DNA from: Verrucomicrobiota bacterium
GTDB lineage: Bacteria > Verrucomicrobiota > Verrucomicrobiia > Opitutales > Coraliomargaritaceae
Direction: 5' to 3'
Assembly: GCA_039815375.1 (NCBI GenBank)
Contig: JBCBZJ010000017.1
Coordinates: 9,425 to 73,424, forward strand
DNA length: 64,000 bases
Shown here in pieces: positions 10,113-22,537 of the stretch. The notes below the pieces were generated by a model. The model ran no database searches. It was not told the DNA's origin and was given only the letters and a program-made list of their open reading frames with translations. A program made the translations under genes and the position numbers. Each line of letters starts with the position of its first letter. Positions within the stretch are counted from its first letter, which is position 1.

Positions 10113-10305
10113 TTTTGGCCCGGAATCATCTTTTATATCACTGCTGATCCGATTCGTCCGTGGTTAAAAAGATAGTATTGTGTTGGCCGTGCACCGCAAG
10201 ATGCGCCTGCGTGACCTGAATGATTGATGTTCATTTATGTCCGCTAGCGGTTTCCATCTTTCATTCTCGCAGCAAAATATTTTTTAAATTTCCTGAAATC
10301 AGGGG

Positions 10306-10422
10306 TTGACGAGCCACATCGAAATCCCTTTTTTCCGCTGCTCGTCTCCCAAAGAGGCGCTAAATACACATTTTTTAACCCACTAACGCAGGTTTAGGAA
10401 ACGGAGCCTCTGCTCCACCTGC
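10306..10422 (+). promoter_or_regulatory. Putative promoter (-35 TTGACG) and structured 5' leader of the rplC operon
   Basis: TTGACG at 10306 with a T-rich -10 region. Hairpins CGTCTC/GAGGCG (10343-10359) and GCAGGT...GGAGC-CTCT-GCTCC-ACCTGC (10388-10422). Confidence 0.4.
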
Positions 10423-10433
10423 CAATTAGTATC

Positions 10434-11078
10434 ATGAACGTAGCCCTACTTGGTAAAAAGATAGGAATGACTCAGGTATTCGACGATGATAATCGTCTAG
10501 TGCCTGTTACAGTCATTGAAGCAGGACCCTGTCCAGTCACGCAGGTGAAGTCCACAGAGAAGGATGGTTACGATGCCGTGCAAATCGGCTATCGTCCTCA
10601 AAAAGAGCACCGCCTCTCCAAGGCAGCACTGGGTCACTTTAAGAAAGCAGGCGTCGAGCCCATGGCTGAACTCCAGGAGTTCCGCACTAATGGCGATACC
10701 GAACTTAACGTTGGCGATGTGCTGACTGTTGAGAAATTCGAGGAAGGCCAGAAGATCGACGTCGTCGGCACGTCCAAGGGTCGCGGTTTCCAAGGTGTTG
10801 TGAAGCGCTACGGTTTTGCCGGTGGTCCTGCCTCCCACGGTTCCATGTTCCACCGTCGCGGTGGTTCTTATGGTATGTGCCAATGGCCGGGTCACGTGAT
10901 CAAGGGCAAAAAAATGCCGGGCCATATGGGTGATGTGCGCCGCACGGTGCAGAACCTTCAAATCGTCAAGGTCGTTGCCGAGAAGAACCTAATCCTGATC
11001 AAGGGTAGTGTTCCCGGTTCTCGTGGCAGCCTTGTTACAGTCCGCACTGCGGTTAAGAAAAAAGCCTCCAAGGCATAA
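10434..11078 (+). CDS. rplC: 50S ribosomal protein L3
   Basis: GKKIGMTQVF, SKGRGFQGVVKRYGF, GKKMPGHMG. Confidence 0.98.
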   Translation: MNVALLGKKIGMTQVFDDDNRLVPVTVIEAGPCPVTQVKSTEKDGYDAVQIGYRPQKEHRLSKAALGHFKKAGVEPMAELQEFRTNGDTELNVGDVLTVEKFEEGQKIDVVGTSKGRGFQGVVKRYGFAGGPASHGSMFHRRGGSYGMCQWPGHVIKGKKMPGHMGDVRRTVQNLQIVKVVAEKNLILIKGSVPGSRGSLVTVRTAVKKKASKA

Positions 11079-11099
11079 CGCAGGAAAGGAAACGATACG

Positions 11100-11738
11100 A
11101 TGAAACTAAAGGTATTTACAGCTGACGGGTCTAAGAGCGAAGAGAAAGAGTTCGCCAATTTCCCGGCTTTCGATGGTGACAAGGGTGTCGCCGCTGTTCG
11201 TCAGGTCGTGATTGCGCACCAGGCTAACAAGCGTCAAGGCAATGCCTCAACCAAGACCCGTGCCGAGGTAGCCGGTTCCGGTAAGAAGCTTTTCCGCCAA
11301 AAAGGCAGCGGCACCGCTCGTCAGGGCACACGTCGCGTTCCTCACCAGCGTCATGGTGGTGTAGCCCACGGCCCGAAGCCTCGCGATTACTCCCAGAAGA
11401 TCAATCGCAAGATGAAGGCGCTTGCTTTCCAACGCGCTCTTTTTGACCGTGCATCCGGTGGTGGCCTTTCCGTTATCGAGGCTCTCGAGGTGAAGGAGCC
11501 AAAGACAAAGCTCTTCAATCAGGTGCTCACTTCCGTGCTTCCGGAGCGCGGCAAGGTCCTGATTGTTGACGACCAATTTGAAAACAATGCCGCTTTGGCT
11601 GCTCGCAACATTGAGGGAGTGTCCCTTTCTGAGGCCGGCGATCTCAGCACACTCGATGTCGTGCGTTACCGTCACATCATCGTTAGTTCCAAGGGCATCG
11701 AAACCATTATCGCACGTGCGAACGGAGGTGAATCCTAA
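11100..11738 (+). CDS. rplD: 50S ribosomal protein L4
   Basis: RQGNASTKTRAEVAGSGKKLFRQKGSGTARQG, GGVAHGPKPRDY. Confidence 0.98.
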   Translation: MKLKVFTADGSKSEEKEFANFPAFDGDKGVAAVRQVVIAHQANKRQGNASTKTRAEVAGSGKKLFRQKGSGTARQGTRRVPHQRHGGVAHGPKPRDYSQKINRKMKALAFQRALFDRASGGGLSVIEALEVKEPKTKLFNQVLTSVLPERGKVLIVDDQFENNAALAARNIEGVSLSEAGDLSTLDVVRYRHIIVSSKGIETIIARANGGES

Positions 11739-12028
11739 TGATTTCTGCAGATAAAATCCTACTCGAATACCGTGTTACGGAAAAAGCTGCGAACCTCGCA
11801 GCCAACCTCAATCAATACACCTTCGAAGTTACACCGAGCGCCAACCGCAAGGAAGTTGCCCGCGCAGTAGCTAAGGTGTTCAACGTCGAGGTGACTAACG
11901 TCAATATTCTCAACAAGAAGCCTAAGCTCAAGGTCGACCGCACGCGTCGCGGCCGCCCCGGCACCAAGGGTGGCCACAAGAAGGCTATCGTTACACTCAA
12001 GGAGGGCGACAAGATCGAACTCGTCTAA
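11738..12028 (+). CDS. rplW: 50S ribosomal protein L23
   Basis: TEKA, YTFEV...ANRKEVARAV, KKAIVTL. Confidence 0.97.
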   Translation: MISADKILLEYRVTEKAANLAANLNQYTFEVTPSANRKEVARAVAKVFNVEVTNVNILNKKPKLKVDRTRRGRPGTKGGHKKAIVTLKEGDKIELV

Positions 12029-12049
12029 GACACGAAGGGACCAGCTATC

Positions 12050-12895
12050 ATGCCACTCACAGATTCCAGACCTTTGACACCGGGCCAGCGCTTCCTCGTT
12101 CGCAACAAGCAGAACGTGTCGAAGAAGAAACCCGAGCGTCGCCTCACCATCAAGATTCACGACAAGAAAGGCCGTAACTGTTATGGCCGTATCACTTCTC
12201 GTCGCCGTGGCGGTGGTCACAAGAAGGCTTACCGCATCATCGACTTTCGTCGCGATAAAATCGACATACCTGCCAAGGTTCAGGCGATTGAGTATGATCC
12301 GAATCGCACTGCAAACTTGGCACTACTTGCTTATGCCGACGGTGAGAAACGCTACATCCTTGCGCCTCGTGGTGTAAAGGAAGGCGACACACTTCTCAGT
12401 GTGAACGAGCGCGTTGAGTTTTCACCGGGCTATAGCCTGCCGCTTGCGATCATTCCGCCTGCCACGAAGATCCACGCAATCGAGCTTCACCCTGGACGTG
12501 GTGCACAAATCGCGCGTTCTGCGGGTCAGGCAGCACAGCTTGTTTCTGTTGATGGTGAACGTGCCACCGTGAAGCTTCCTTCTGGTGAAATTCGTTACCT
12601 AAATTCACGTTGCCGCGCCACAATTGGTGAAGTTGGCAATCATGAGCACCAGAACCAAAGCCTCGGTAAGGCGGGCCGCAATCGCTGGCTCGGTCGTCGC
12701 CCACGCGTTCGTGGTGTTGCGATGAATCCCGTCGATCACCCAATGGGTGGTGGTGAGGGCCGCACCTCCGGTGGTGGTCACCCGCAGTCTCCATGGGGCC
12801 AGCTCTCGAAGGGCTTCCCGACTCGTAAGAAAGCTAACCCAACCAATTCGCAGATCGTTGTCCGTCGCAACGGCCGTCAATTGAAGAAGAAGTAA
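12050..12895 (+). CDS. rplB: 50S ribosomal protein L2
   Basis: [34 protein letters not shown]. Confidence 0.98.
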   Translation: MPLTDSRPLTPGQRFLVRNKQNVSKKKPERRLTIKIHDKKGRNCYGRITSRRRGGGHKKAYRIIDFRRDKIDIPAKVQAIEYDPNRTANLALLAYADGEKRYILAPRGVKEGDTLLSVNERVEFSPGYSLPLAIIPPATKIHAIELHPGRGAQIARSAGQAAQLVSVDGERATVKLPSGEIRYLNSRCRATIGEVGNHEHQNQSLGKAGRNRWLGRRPRVRGVAMNPVDHPMGGGEGRTSGGGHPQSPWGQLSKGFPTRKKANPTNSQIVVRRNGRQLKKK

Positions 12896-12909
12896 TTCAC
12901 TGATTAATC

Positions 12910-13173
<264 letters not shown>

Positions 13174-13193
13174 TTTCATTTTCTGATTTCGCC

Positions 13194-13565
13194 ATGCAAT
13201 CTTTCGCACAACGTTTCACCAAGCTGCTCGGCCTGTTCCTACTCGGAGCGATCTTCCTTGCCGGTGTTGTGCGTGCGGATGTGCCTGGCTTCGTCAAGGA
13301 AAGCTTTTACAGCTCTAATGCGGCTCCGGTTACCAAGGTCATTCCTTCACTCGCAGCAGATGTCGTCATTCTTGACGGTGGTCTCGAGCAAGGTCTCCGC
13401 CTCGGCATGGTATGCCGTGTTGTTCGAGGCTTCGAAGAAGTCGGCGAGCTTATCATCATCGAATCCAAAACGGATCGTTCTGCAGGACTTATCCTCGAAC
13501 TCTCCGAAGACTCTTTCATTCAAGCGGGTGATATTGCCCGGATTAAAACACTTCAAAACAGCTGA
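13194..13565 (+). CDS. Exported hypothetical protein with a small beta-barrel (FlgT C-terminal-like) domain, inserted in the S10 operon
   Basis: Signal peptide ending VRA/DV; VILDGG..QGL..G....V.R....GEL.I......SAG.I.......IQAGD pattern; 20 bp and 5 bp spacers to rpsS and rplV. Confidence 0.75.
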   Translation: MQSFAQRFTKLLGLFLLGAIFLAGVVRADVPGFVKESFYSSNAAPVTKVIPSLAADVVILDGGLEQGLRLGMVCRVVRGFEEVGELIIIESKTDRSAGLILELSEDSFIQAGDIARIKTLQNS

Positions 13566-13570
13566 TTACC

Positions 13571-13906
13571 ATGCAGGTCCAAGCTTACACAAAATACGCA
13601 CGTATGTCGCCCCGTAAGGTGCGCGAGATCACCAAGGCCATTCAGGGCCGCAACGCTGCCGAGGCGGTTGAAGTTCTTCGCTTCATCCCACGCAAGTCGG
13701 CACGCCTCGTGAGCAAGACACTCCAGTCTGCCATCGCGAATGCGGAGAATAACAACAACCTTTCCTCCGACTCTCTTATTATCGAGTCGGCCACAGTCGA
13801 AGAAGGTCCGGCTTTCCGTCGCTTCCGCCCCGCTGCACGTGGCTCTGCCCACCCTTACAAGAAGCGTACTAGCAACATCCGCATCATCCTCTCCGACGAG
13901 GCATAA
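13571..13906 (+). CDS. rplV: 50S ribosomal protein L22
   Basis: RMSPRKVR, SAIANAENN, RFRPAARG. Confidence 0.98.
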   Translation: MQVQAYTKYARMSPRKVREITKAIQGRNAAEAVEVLRFIPRKSARLVSKTLQSAIANAENNNNLSSDSLIIESATVEEGPAFRRFRPAARGSAHPYKKRTSNIRIILSDEA

Positions 13907-13926
13907 GCATTTAGATCTTTTACATT

Positions 13927-14559
13927 ATGGGACAAAAAACTCATCCAACCGGTTTTCGCCTGGCAGTCACACGTGACTGGGACTCCCGCTGGTATGCAGG
14001 TAAGAAAGACTTTCCTGCCTACATCAAGGAAGACCACACTATTCGCACCTTCCTGACTGAGAGGCTCCGTTATGCTTCTGTGCCCCGTATCTTCATCGAG
14101 CGCGCCTCTGGTCGTGTCCGGGTCAAGATCTTCACTGCTCGCCCGGGTGTTGTTATCGGTCGTAAGGGACAGGAGCTCGACAAGCTCAAGGCTCAGCTCA
14201 ACAAAAAAGTCGGCAAGGACATCATGCTCGATATTCAGGAGGTCAAGCGTCCTGATCTCTCCGGCCAGCTTGTCGCAGAAAACGTTGCGCTCCAGCTTGA
14301 GCGTCGTATCGCCTTCCGCCGCGCTATGAAGCGTGCGGTCCAAACCACCATGGCGATGGGTGCCGACGGTATCCGTATCCAGGTTTCCGGTCGTCTCGGT
14401 GGTGCTGATATCGCTCGGACCGAGCAGCAGCGTCAGGGCCGTGTGCCTCTCCAAACACTTCGTGCCAAGATCGACTACGGCTTTTCCGAAGCGAGCACCG
14501 TTTACGGGATCATCGGAGTGAAGTGCTGGATCTGCCTTCCTGACGACGACGACGCATAA
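13927..14559 (+). CDS. rpsC: 30S ribosomal protein S3
   Basis: MGQKTHPTGFRL, ARPGVVIGRKG, GRVPLQTLRAKIDY. Confidence 0.98.
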   Translation: MGQKTHPTGFRLAVTRDWDSRWYAGKKDFPAYIKEDHTIRTFLTERLRYASVPRIFIERASGRVRVKIFTARPGVVIGRKGQELDKLKAQLNKKVGKDIMLDIQEVKRPDLSGQLVAENVALQLERRIAFRRAMKRAVQTTMAMGADGIRIQVSGRLGGADIARTEQQRQGRVPLQTLRAKIDYGFSEASTVYGIIGVKCWICLPDDDDA

Positions 14560-14596
14560 TTTAAACAGATTTTCTTAACTCTTTACTCAGCGAACA

Positions 14597-15013
<417 letters not shown>

Positions 15014-15042
15014 ACCAATTTTCAATTTAAACACTATTTACC

Positions 15043-15246
15043 ATGAGCACAAAAGATATTCGTGAAATGTCCGAAGCTGAGATTGAAAAGCAGCTCCGCG
15101 ATACCCGTGACGCTCAAGTCGATCTCCGTATGCGCAAGCAAACCGGTCAAGTCGAACACCCACATCAATTCAAGGAAATGCGCCGTCAGATCGCACGTCT
15201 TGAAACCATCCTCAAAGAAAAGAAGTTGGCCGCAGTCAGCGCTTAA
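15043..15246 (+). CDS. rpmC: 50S ribosomal protein L29
   Basis: RRQIARLETIL; position between rplP and rpsQ. Confidence 0.96.
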   Translation: MSTKDIREMSEAEIEKQLRDTRDAQVDLRMRKQTGQVEHPHQFKEMRRQIARLETILKEKKLAAVSA

Positions 15247-15266
15247 ATTTTTAGCCGATCACCCAT

Positions 15267-15548
15267 ATGGAAGCCGTCGCTACACGTAATTCTCGTAAGT
15301 CCCTTGTTGGAACTGTCTCCAGCCGTTCCGGCGACAAGACCATTAAGGTTACTTACTCCTACAAAGTTCCACATCCGCTTTATAAAAAGGAAATTAAGCG
15401 TAAAACGGTGGTGCATGCTCATGATGAAGCGAACGAGTGTGGACTCGGTGACAAGGTGGAGATCATGGAAACTCGTCCGCTCAGCAAGCTGAAGCGCTGG
15501 CGTGTTACCCGTGTGCTTGAAGTCGCGCCAAAGCTTGGTGGTGAGTAA
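15267..15548 (+). CDS. rpsQ: 30S ribosomal protein S17
   Basis: [22 protein letters not shown]. Confidence 0.98.
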   Translation: MEAVATRNSRKSLVGTVSSRSGDKTIKVTYSYKVPHPLYKKEIKRKTVVHAHDEANECGLGDKVEIMETRPLSKLKRWRVTRVLEVAPKLGGE

Positions 15549-15595
15549 TCCAGGTAAACGCATTTCGATTTTTCTATAATAAGGAGACTTTAGTT

Positions 15596-15958
15596 ATGAT
15601 TCAGATGAACAGCCGCGTTTTCGTCGCGGATAACACAGGAGCCAAGTCTGCGGAGATGATCCGCCGCCTTGGGCAGAACAAGCGCAGCGCCGATGTCGGT
15701 GATGTCGTGGTTTGTGCTGTCAAAGAAGCTTCGACGGATGCATCCGTAAAGAAGGGCGACGTGGTTCGCGCTGTTGTGGTCCGCACCAAGGCACCCGTTC
15801 GTCGTGGAGATGGAAGTTATCTTCGTTTCGACAACAACGCTGTCGTTATTATCAATCCGGATGGTAATCCGAAAGGCACTCGCATCTTTGGACCGGTCGC
15901 TCGTGAGCTCCGGGCCAAGTATATGAAGATCATCTCACTCGCACCGGAGGTTCTCTAA
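15596..15958 (+). CDS. rplN: 50S ribosomal protein L14
   Basis: [31 protein letters not shown]. Confidence 0.98.
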   Translation: MIQMNSRVFVADNTGAKSAEMIRRLGQNKRSADVGDVVVCAVKEASTDASVKKGDVVRAVVVRTKAPVRRGDGSYLRFDNNAVVIINPDGNPKGTRIFGPVARELRAKYMKIISLAPEVL

Positions 15959-15959
15959 C

Positions 15960-16202
15960 ATGGCACAAGCAATCAAACGTGAACAGGAAGTCGTCGTCAT
16001 CTCCGGCTCCCACAAGGGCAAGCGCGGCAAGGTTCTTGAAGTGAAGGCTCCGAACAAGGTCCTTATCGAAGGCGTTAACCTCATTACCAAATATGAGCGT
16101 AAGTCTCAGGATAATCCCGAAGGCGGCTCCGTCGAAAAGGAAGTTCCGATTCACTACTCCAACGTTATGCTCGCAGAAAAGTATGACGCGAAGAGCAAAT
16201 AA
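15960..16202 (+). CDS. rplX: 50S ribosomal protein L24 (short, 80 aa)
   Basis: KOW motif VVVISGSHKGKRGKV, IEGVN, IHYSNV. Confidence 0.95.
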   Translation: MAQAIKREQEVVVISGSHKGKRGKVLEVKAPNKVLIEGVNLITKYERKSQDNPEGGSVEKEVPIHYSNVMLAEKYDAKSK

Positions 16203-16304
16203 GCGCTTGCCAGCCGAAACAAGAAAGCCAGTTTCACGCTCTTTTTTCTCACACTCATCGATAACCATTAGCTAATCGGGTTAGAAATCCGATTACCAAG
16301 AACG

Positions 16305-16913
16305 ATGTCCAACGCACTACTCAAGAAACTTTACACCGAACAGGTGATACCCGAACTCAAGAAGAAGTTCGGTTATGCAAATGCGCACCAGATTCCTGCG
16401 GTCAAGAAGATCGTCATTAACTCTGGTTTCGCTGCCACCGCAGACAAAAACCATATCACCTACGTGACCGAAGAAATCGGCAAGATTGCCGGTCAGCGTC
16501 CAGTGACCACCAAGGCGAAGCTCAGTATCTCGAATTTCAAGCTCCGTGAAGGACAGCCCATCGGCTGCAAGGTCACACTCCGTGGAGAAGCCATGTATGA
16601 CTTCATGATGCGCCTTATCAATATCGCGCTTCCTTGTATTCGTGACTTCCGTGGTGTGCCTGCCAAGTTCGATGGTCAGGGCAACTACACACTCGGTGTT
16701 GGCGACCACACGATTTTCCCTGAAGTCAGCGCCGAAGGCACTACTGCTACAATCGGTATGGACATCTCCTTCGCGACCAGCGCGGCTACCGATGAAGAGG
16801 GCCGCGAGCTCCTTCGTCTCTTCGGCATGCCTTTCCGTAAGTCCAGCTCCGAAATCGAAGCTGAAGAGAGCGCCGAAGCTCCTGCTGCAGAAACTGAAGA
16901 AGCCACCGCTTAA
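16305..16913 (+). CDS. rplE: 50S ribosomal protein L5 (acidic C-terminal tail)
   Basis: SISNFKLREG, GCKVTLRG, RDFRG, FDGQGNY. Confidence 0.98.
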   Translation: MSNALLKKLYTEQVIPELKKKFGYANAHQIPAVKKIVINSGFAATADKNHITYVTEEIGKIAGQRPVTTKAKLSISNFKLREGQPIGCKVTLRGEAMYDFMMRLINIALPCIRDFRGVPAKFDGQGNYTLGVGDHTIFPEVSAEGTTATIGMDISFATSAATDEEGRELLRLFGMPFRKSSSEIEAEESAEAPAAETEEATA

Positions 16914-16934
16914 TTTTACGACCCAGGACACACC

Positions 16935-17240
16935 ATGGCTAAAAAATCCGCAATCCAACGCAACCTCAAGCGCGAGCGCATGATCGAGAAATATGCGAAC
17001 AAGCGCAAGGAGCTGAAGGCAATCCTGACTAATCCGGAAACCTCTGATGAGGAATTCTATGAGGCTCAGGCAAAGCTGACCAAGCTTCCCAAAAACAGCT
17101 CTCCCATCCGCGCCCGCAACCGCTGCTCTGTCACCGGTCGTCCTCGCGCGTTCATCCGCAAGTTCGGTCTTTCCCGTATCACATTCCGTGAGCTCGCCAC
17201 CCAAGGCAAGATTCCCGGTGTGACCAAATCCTCTTGGTAA
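16935..17240 (+). CDS. rpsN: 30S ribosomal protein S14 (long, zinc-free type)
   Basis: [37 protein letters not shown]. Confidence 0.98.
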   Translation: MAKKSAIQRNLKRERMIEKYANKRKELKAILTNPETSDEEFYEAQAKLTKLPKNSSPIRARNRCSVTGRPRAFIRKFGLSRITFRELATQGKIPGVTKSSW

Positions 17241-17284
17241 GCACCGCGCTTACTCATTACTGAAAACCCAGCAGTTTAAATACT

Positions 17285-17683
17285 ATGGCAGTTCACGACA
17301 CAATCGGCGATTTCCTCACCATCATCCGCAACGCCAGCATGGCGCGCAAGGATGCCTGCACCACGCAGCACTCCAAAATGCGTGCAGCTATTGCAGCAAT
17401 CCTCAAGGATGAAGGTTATATTAACGACTTCAGCGAAGGCGAAGATGAAAAGGGCTTCAAAACCCTTACCGTTTCTCTCAAGTTCGTTGGCAGCACCCCG
17501 GCTATCACCGGAATCGAGCGTCACAGCACACCGGGCCGCCGTCTCTACTACGGTGTCCGTGAGATTCCGCGCGTTCTTGGTGGTCTTGGTGTAGCGATCC
17601 TCACAACTTCCAAAGGCGTGATGCGCGCCCGCGATGCCCGCGAAGCAGGTGTCGGTGGTGAGCTCGTCTGCAAGGTCTGGTAA
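17285..17683 (+). CDS. rpsH: 30S ribosomal protein S8
   Basis: DFLTIIRNA, LKDEGYI, GGLGVAILTTSKGVM. Confidence 0.98.
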   Translation: MAVHDTIGDFLTIIRNASMARKDACTTQHSKMRAAIAAILKDEGYINDFSEGEDEKGFKTLTVSLKFVGSTPAITGIERHSTPGRRLYYGVREIPRVLGGLGVAILTTSKGVMRARDAREAGVGGELVCKVW

Positions 17684-17699
17684 TAAGAAAGGAACTACG

Positions 17700-18236
17700 A
17701 TGAGCAGAATTGGTAAACTTCCCGTCCCCGTCCTCGACAAGGCAACTGTAGCTGTCGATGGTCAGACCGTTCGTGTCGAAGGCCCGAAGGGTAAACTCGA
17801 AAAGACTTTTGACAGCGCCGTGAATATCGAACTCGCCGAAGGCGAAGTCCGTGTCACCCCGGCAAACAGCAGCCGTCACGCTCGCGCGATGTATGGCACT
17901 GCACGCTCCATCATTAACAACATGGTGGTTGGTGTAGTCGAAGGCTATAAGAAGGAGCTGGAGCTTAAGGGTGTTGGTTTTCGCGGCGCACTTAAGGGCA
18001 ACGTTCTCGATATGGCACTTGGCAAGTCTCACCCGTGCATGATCGATATACCTGAGGGTATCACTGTGACTGTGAAGGAAAATACAAAGATCACGGTCGA
18101 AGGTGCGGACAAGCAGATGGTTGGCGAAATCACCGCCTCTATCTTCGCATTCTATCCGGCCGAGCCTTACAAGGGCAAGGGCGTCCACATCGTTGGTAAG
18201 TATGTCCGCCGTAAGGAGGGCAAGAAGTCCGCTTAA
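17700..18236 (+). CDS. rplF: 50S ribosomal protein L6
   Basis: MSRIGKLPV (true start 17700 behind AAAGGAA), GPKGKL, EPYKGKGV. Confidence 0.98.
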   Translation: MSRIGKLPVPVLDKATVAVDGQTVRVEGPKGKLEKTFDSAVNIELAEGEVRVTPANSSRHARAMYGTARSIINNMVVGVVEGYKKELELKGVGFRGALKGNVLDMALGKSHPCMIDIPEGITVTVKENTKITVEGADKQMVGEITASIFAFYPAEPYKGKGVHIVGKYVRRKEGKKSA

Positions 18237-18257
18237 TATTAGCTGAGGCCAAAAGAA

Positions 18258-18614
<357 letters not shown>

Positions 18615-18621
18615 GAAATAA

Positions 18622-19149
18622 ATGAGCACACAAAAAAGATCATTTTCCCCGGTAGACAAAGCCGAAGAAGCCCCTGAATACGTTGAGAAGGTTGTTCACA
18701 TCAACCGTTGTGCAAAGGTTGTGAAGGGTGGTCGCCGCTTCAGCTTCGCAGCACTTGTCGTCGTCGGTAATCAGAAGGGTGAAGTTGGCGTCGGCTATGG
18801 CAAGGCTAAGGAAGTTCCCGAGTGTATCCGCAAGGGCACCGAACAAGCCAAGAAGAATCTCGTCGAGATCAAGCTACGCGGCGACACAATCCCGCACCAC
18901 GTCCTCGGCGAAGCTGACGGTGGTAAGGTTCTCCTTCGCCCGGCATCGGACGGAACCGGAGTGATCGCTGGTGGCGGCTGCCGCGCAGTGCTTGAGTCCG
19001 TTGGCATTAAAAATATTCTCTCCAAGTCCCTCGGTTCGAACAACCACCTGGCTATGGTCAACGCTACTATGGCGGCGCTCAAGCAACTCCGTTCCAACGA
19101 GGAAATCCAGAACGTTCGCTTCGGCGACAAAGTGGCTTCTGAAGCCTAA
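18622..19149 (+). CDS. rpsE: 30S ribosomal protein S5
   Basis: [31 protein letters not shown]. Confidence 0.98.
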   Translation: MSTQKRSFSPVDKAEEAPEYVEKVVHINRCAKVVKGGRRFSFAALVVVGNQKGEVGVGYGKAKEVPECIRKGTEQAKKNLVEIKLRGDTIPHHVLGEADGGKVLLRPASDGTGVIAGGGCRAVLESVGIKNILSKSLGSNNHLAMVNATMAALKQLRSNEEIQNVRFGDKVASEA

Positions 19150-19161
19150 GGATCCCAAAAC

Positions 19162-19653
19162 ATGAATCTCGAAAAAATTCCCACCATCCAAGGTGCCACC
19201 CACCCGACCAAGCGTCTCGGACGCGGCGAGGGAAGTGGTCACGGCAAGACTTGTGGCAAGGGCCACAAGGGGCAGAAGGCTCGTTCCGGCGGCGGTATCC
19301 GTGTCGGTTTCGAAGGCGGTCAGATGCCTCTTTACCGTAAGCTTCCGCGTCGTGGCTTTAATAACTTTAACTTCCGCACGACTTACCAGACCGTTAATGT
19401 GAGCGAACTTGAGCGCGTCGAAGGTGATACCGTCAACCGTGAGTCTCTCGTTAGCGCGGGCCTGATTCGTGACAATGACAAGGGTATCAAGCTTTTGGGT
19501 GACGGTGAAGTCTCCAAGGCATTCACCGTTGAAGTTGATAAGGTGTCCGGTTCCGCAAAGTCGAAGATCGAGGCTGCAGGCGGTAAGATCGTCGAAGCTG
19601 CAGCTGAAGAGGCTCCTGCTGAAGAGGTTGCTGAAGAAAAGGAAGACACATAA
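19162..19653 (+). CDS. rplO: 50S ribosomal protein L15
   Basis: GRGEGSGHGKT, GFEGGQMPLYRKLP, KIEAAGG. Confidence 0.98.
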   Translation: MNLEKIPTIQGATHPTKRLGRGEGSGHGKTCGKGHKGQKARSGGGIRVGFEGGQMPLYRKLPRRGFNNFNFRTTYQTVNVSELERVEGDTVNRESLVSAGLIRDNDKGIKLLGDGEVSKAFTVEVDKVSGSAKSKIEAAGGKIVEAAAEEAPAEEVAEEKEDT

Positions 19654-19691
19654 TCCGATTCTAAACGGATCGGCCTAAAGGGCTATCACGG

Positions 19692-21206
<1,515 letters not shown>

Positions 21207-21307
21207 ACTGAGTTCGTGCCGGTTGATTTTCCCGAAGACGATTCTGATTTACGGAAACCGTTTCGCCTTCGAATCCGTTCTTTGATCCAAGATACCTACA
21301 CAGACCG

Positions 21308-22075
21308 ATGAAATACATTCGTTCCGACGAAGAAATTGAGTCGATCCGTGAAGCCTGTGTGGTCGCAGCGACAGTTTTGAAGAAGCTTGTCGATTCGACC
21401 GAGGAGGGTATCACCACCTATGATCTGGACCAACTTGGTCGCAAAGAGATCGAATTGCTCGGTGCCGAGAGTGCCTGTTATGGTTATCGCTCCGGAAACA
21501 GTGTTTTCCCTGCCTACACTTGTATCTCGGTTAACGACGAGATCGTGCACGGCATCGGCAGCATGAAGCGTGTCATCAAGTCTGGAGATGCAGTATCGCT
21601 CGATGTCGTTGTTCGCCATAAGGGTTATATTGGCGACAACGCGACTACCATTCTCATTGAACCGATTGCGAAAGAGACTGCTGACTTGATTACTGCGACA
21701 AAAGAATCTCTCGACTATGCAATTACCTTTGCCCGTGCAGGTAATCGAGTAGGGGACATTTCCAATGCGGTCGAGCGCTTTATCAAACGCCACAATTATG
21801 GCATTGTCCGTGAATTCGTTGGTCACGGCGTCGGCAAGACGATGCACGAAGCCCCCCAGATTCCGAATTTTGGTCGTCGCGGTAGTGGAACTCTCCTCAA
21901 ACCCGGTATGGCACTCGCCATCGAGCCCATGATCAACCTCGGTACCGGCAAGGTGAAGATGCTTGATGACGGCTGGACCGCTGTTACTCAGGACGGCCAA
22001 CCTTCCGCCCATTTCGAGCACACTGTCCTCGTTACAAATGGGGATCCCGAAATTTTAACAATTCCGAAAAAATAA
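21308..22075 (+). CDS. map: Type I methionine aminopeptidase
   Basis: SVNDEIVHGI, GHGVG..MHE.P, AIEPMIN, SAHFEHT. Confidence 0.97.
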   Translation: MKYIRSDEEIESIREACVVAATVLKKLVDSTEEGITTYDLDQLGRKEIELLGAESACYGYRSGNSVFPAYTCISVNDEIVHGIGSMKRVIKSGDAVSLDVVVRHKGYIGDNATTILIEPIAKETADLITATKESLDYAITFARAGNRVGDISNAVERFIKRHNYGIVREFVGHGVGKTMHEAPQIPNFGRRGSGTLLKPGMALAIEPMINLGTGKVKMLDDGWTAVTQDGQPSAHFEHTVLVTNGDPEILTIPKK

Positions 22076-22148
22076 CTTTTCAAACTAACTTAAACTGCTA
22101 TTTTCCACCGCTTTCCTGCATTTCAGCGGGTTCAAAACACTTTTTATT

Positions 22149-22511
22149 ATGCCACGTATCCTTGGAGTTGATATACCTGCCAACAAGAAGCTAGAATACT
22201 CGCTTCGTTATGTTTATGGCATCGGGCCAACACGCGCGAAGACAGTCGTTGCCGAATCCGGTTTCGATCCGGATCGTCGTGCCGGTGACCTCAGCGAAGA
22301 GGAAGTGAACAAGCTCGCATCCATCATCGCCGACAAGCAATACGTCTGCGAGGGTGACCTCCGTCGTGAGCGCACGGCCAATCTTAAGCGCCTCTCCGCG
22401 ATCCGCAGTATCCGTGGCATGCGCCATATGCGCGGTCTCCCTGTCCGTGGCCAACGTACCAAGACCAATGCCCGCACACGTAAGGGCGCTGTAAAGCCCG
22501 TCCGCAAGTAG
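22149..22511 (+). CDS. rpsM: 30S ribosomal protein S13
   Basis: MPRILGVDIP, YGIG, RGLPVRGQRTKTNARTRKG. Confidence 0.98.
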   Translation: MPRILGVDIPANKKLEYSLRYVYGIGPTRAKTVVAESGFDPDRRAGDLSEEEVNKLASIIADKQYVCEGDLRRERTANLKRLSAIRSIRGMRHMRGLPVRGQRTKTNARTRKGAVKPVRK

Positions 22512-22537
22512 TCCGGCACTGTAAATAGGAATTTCCC

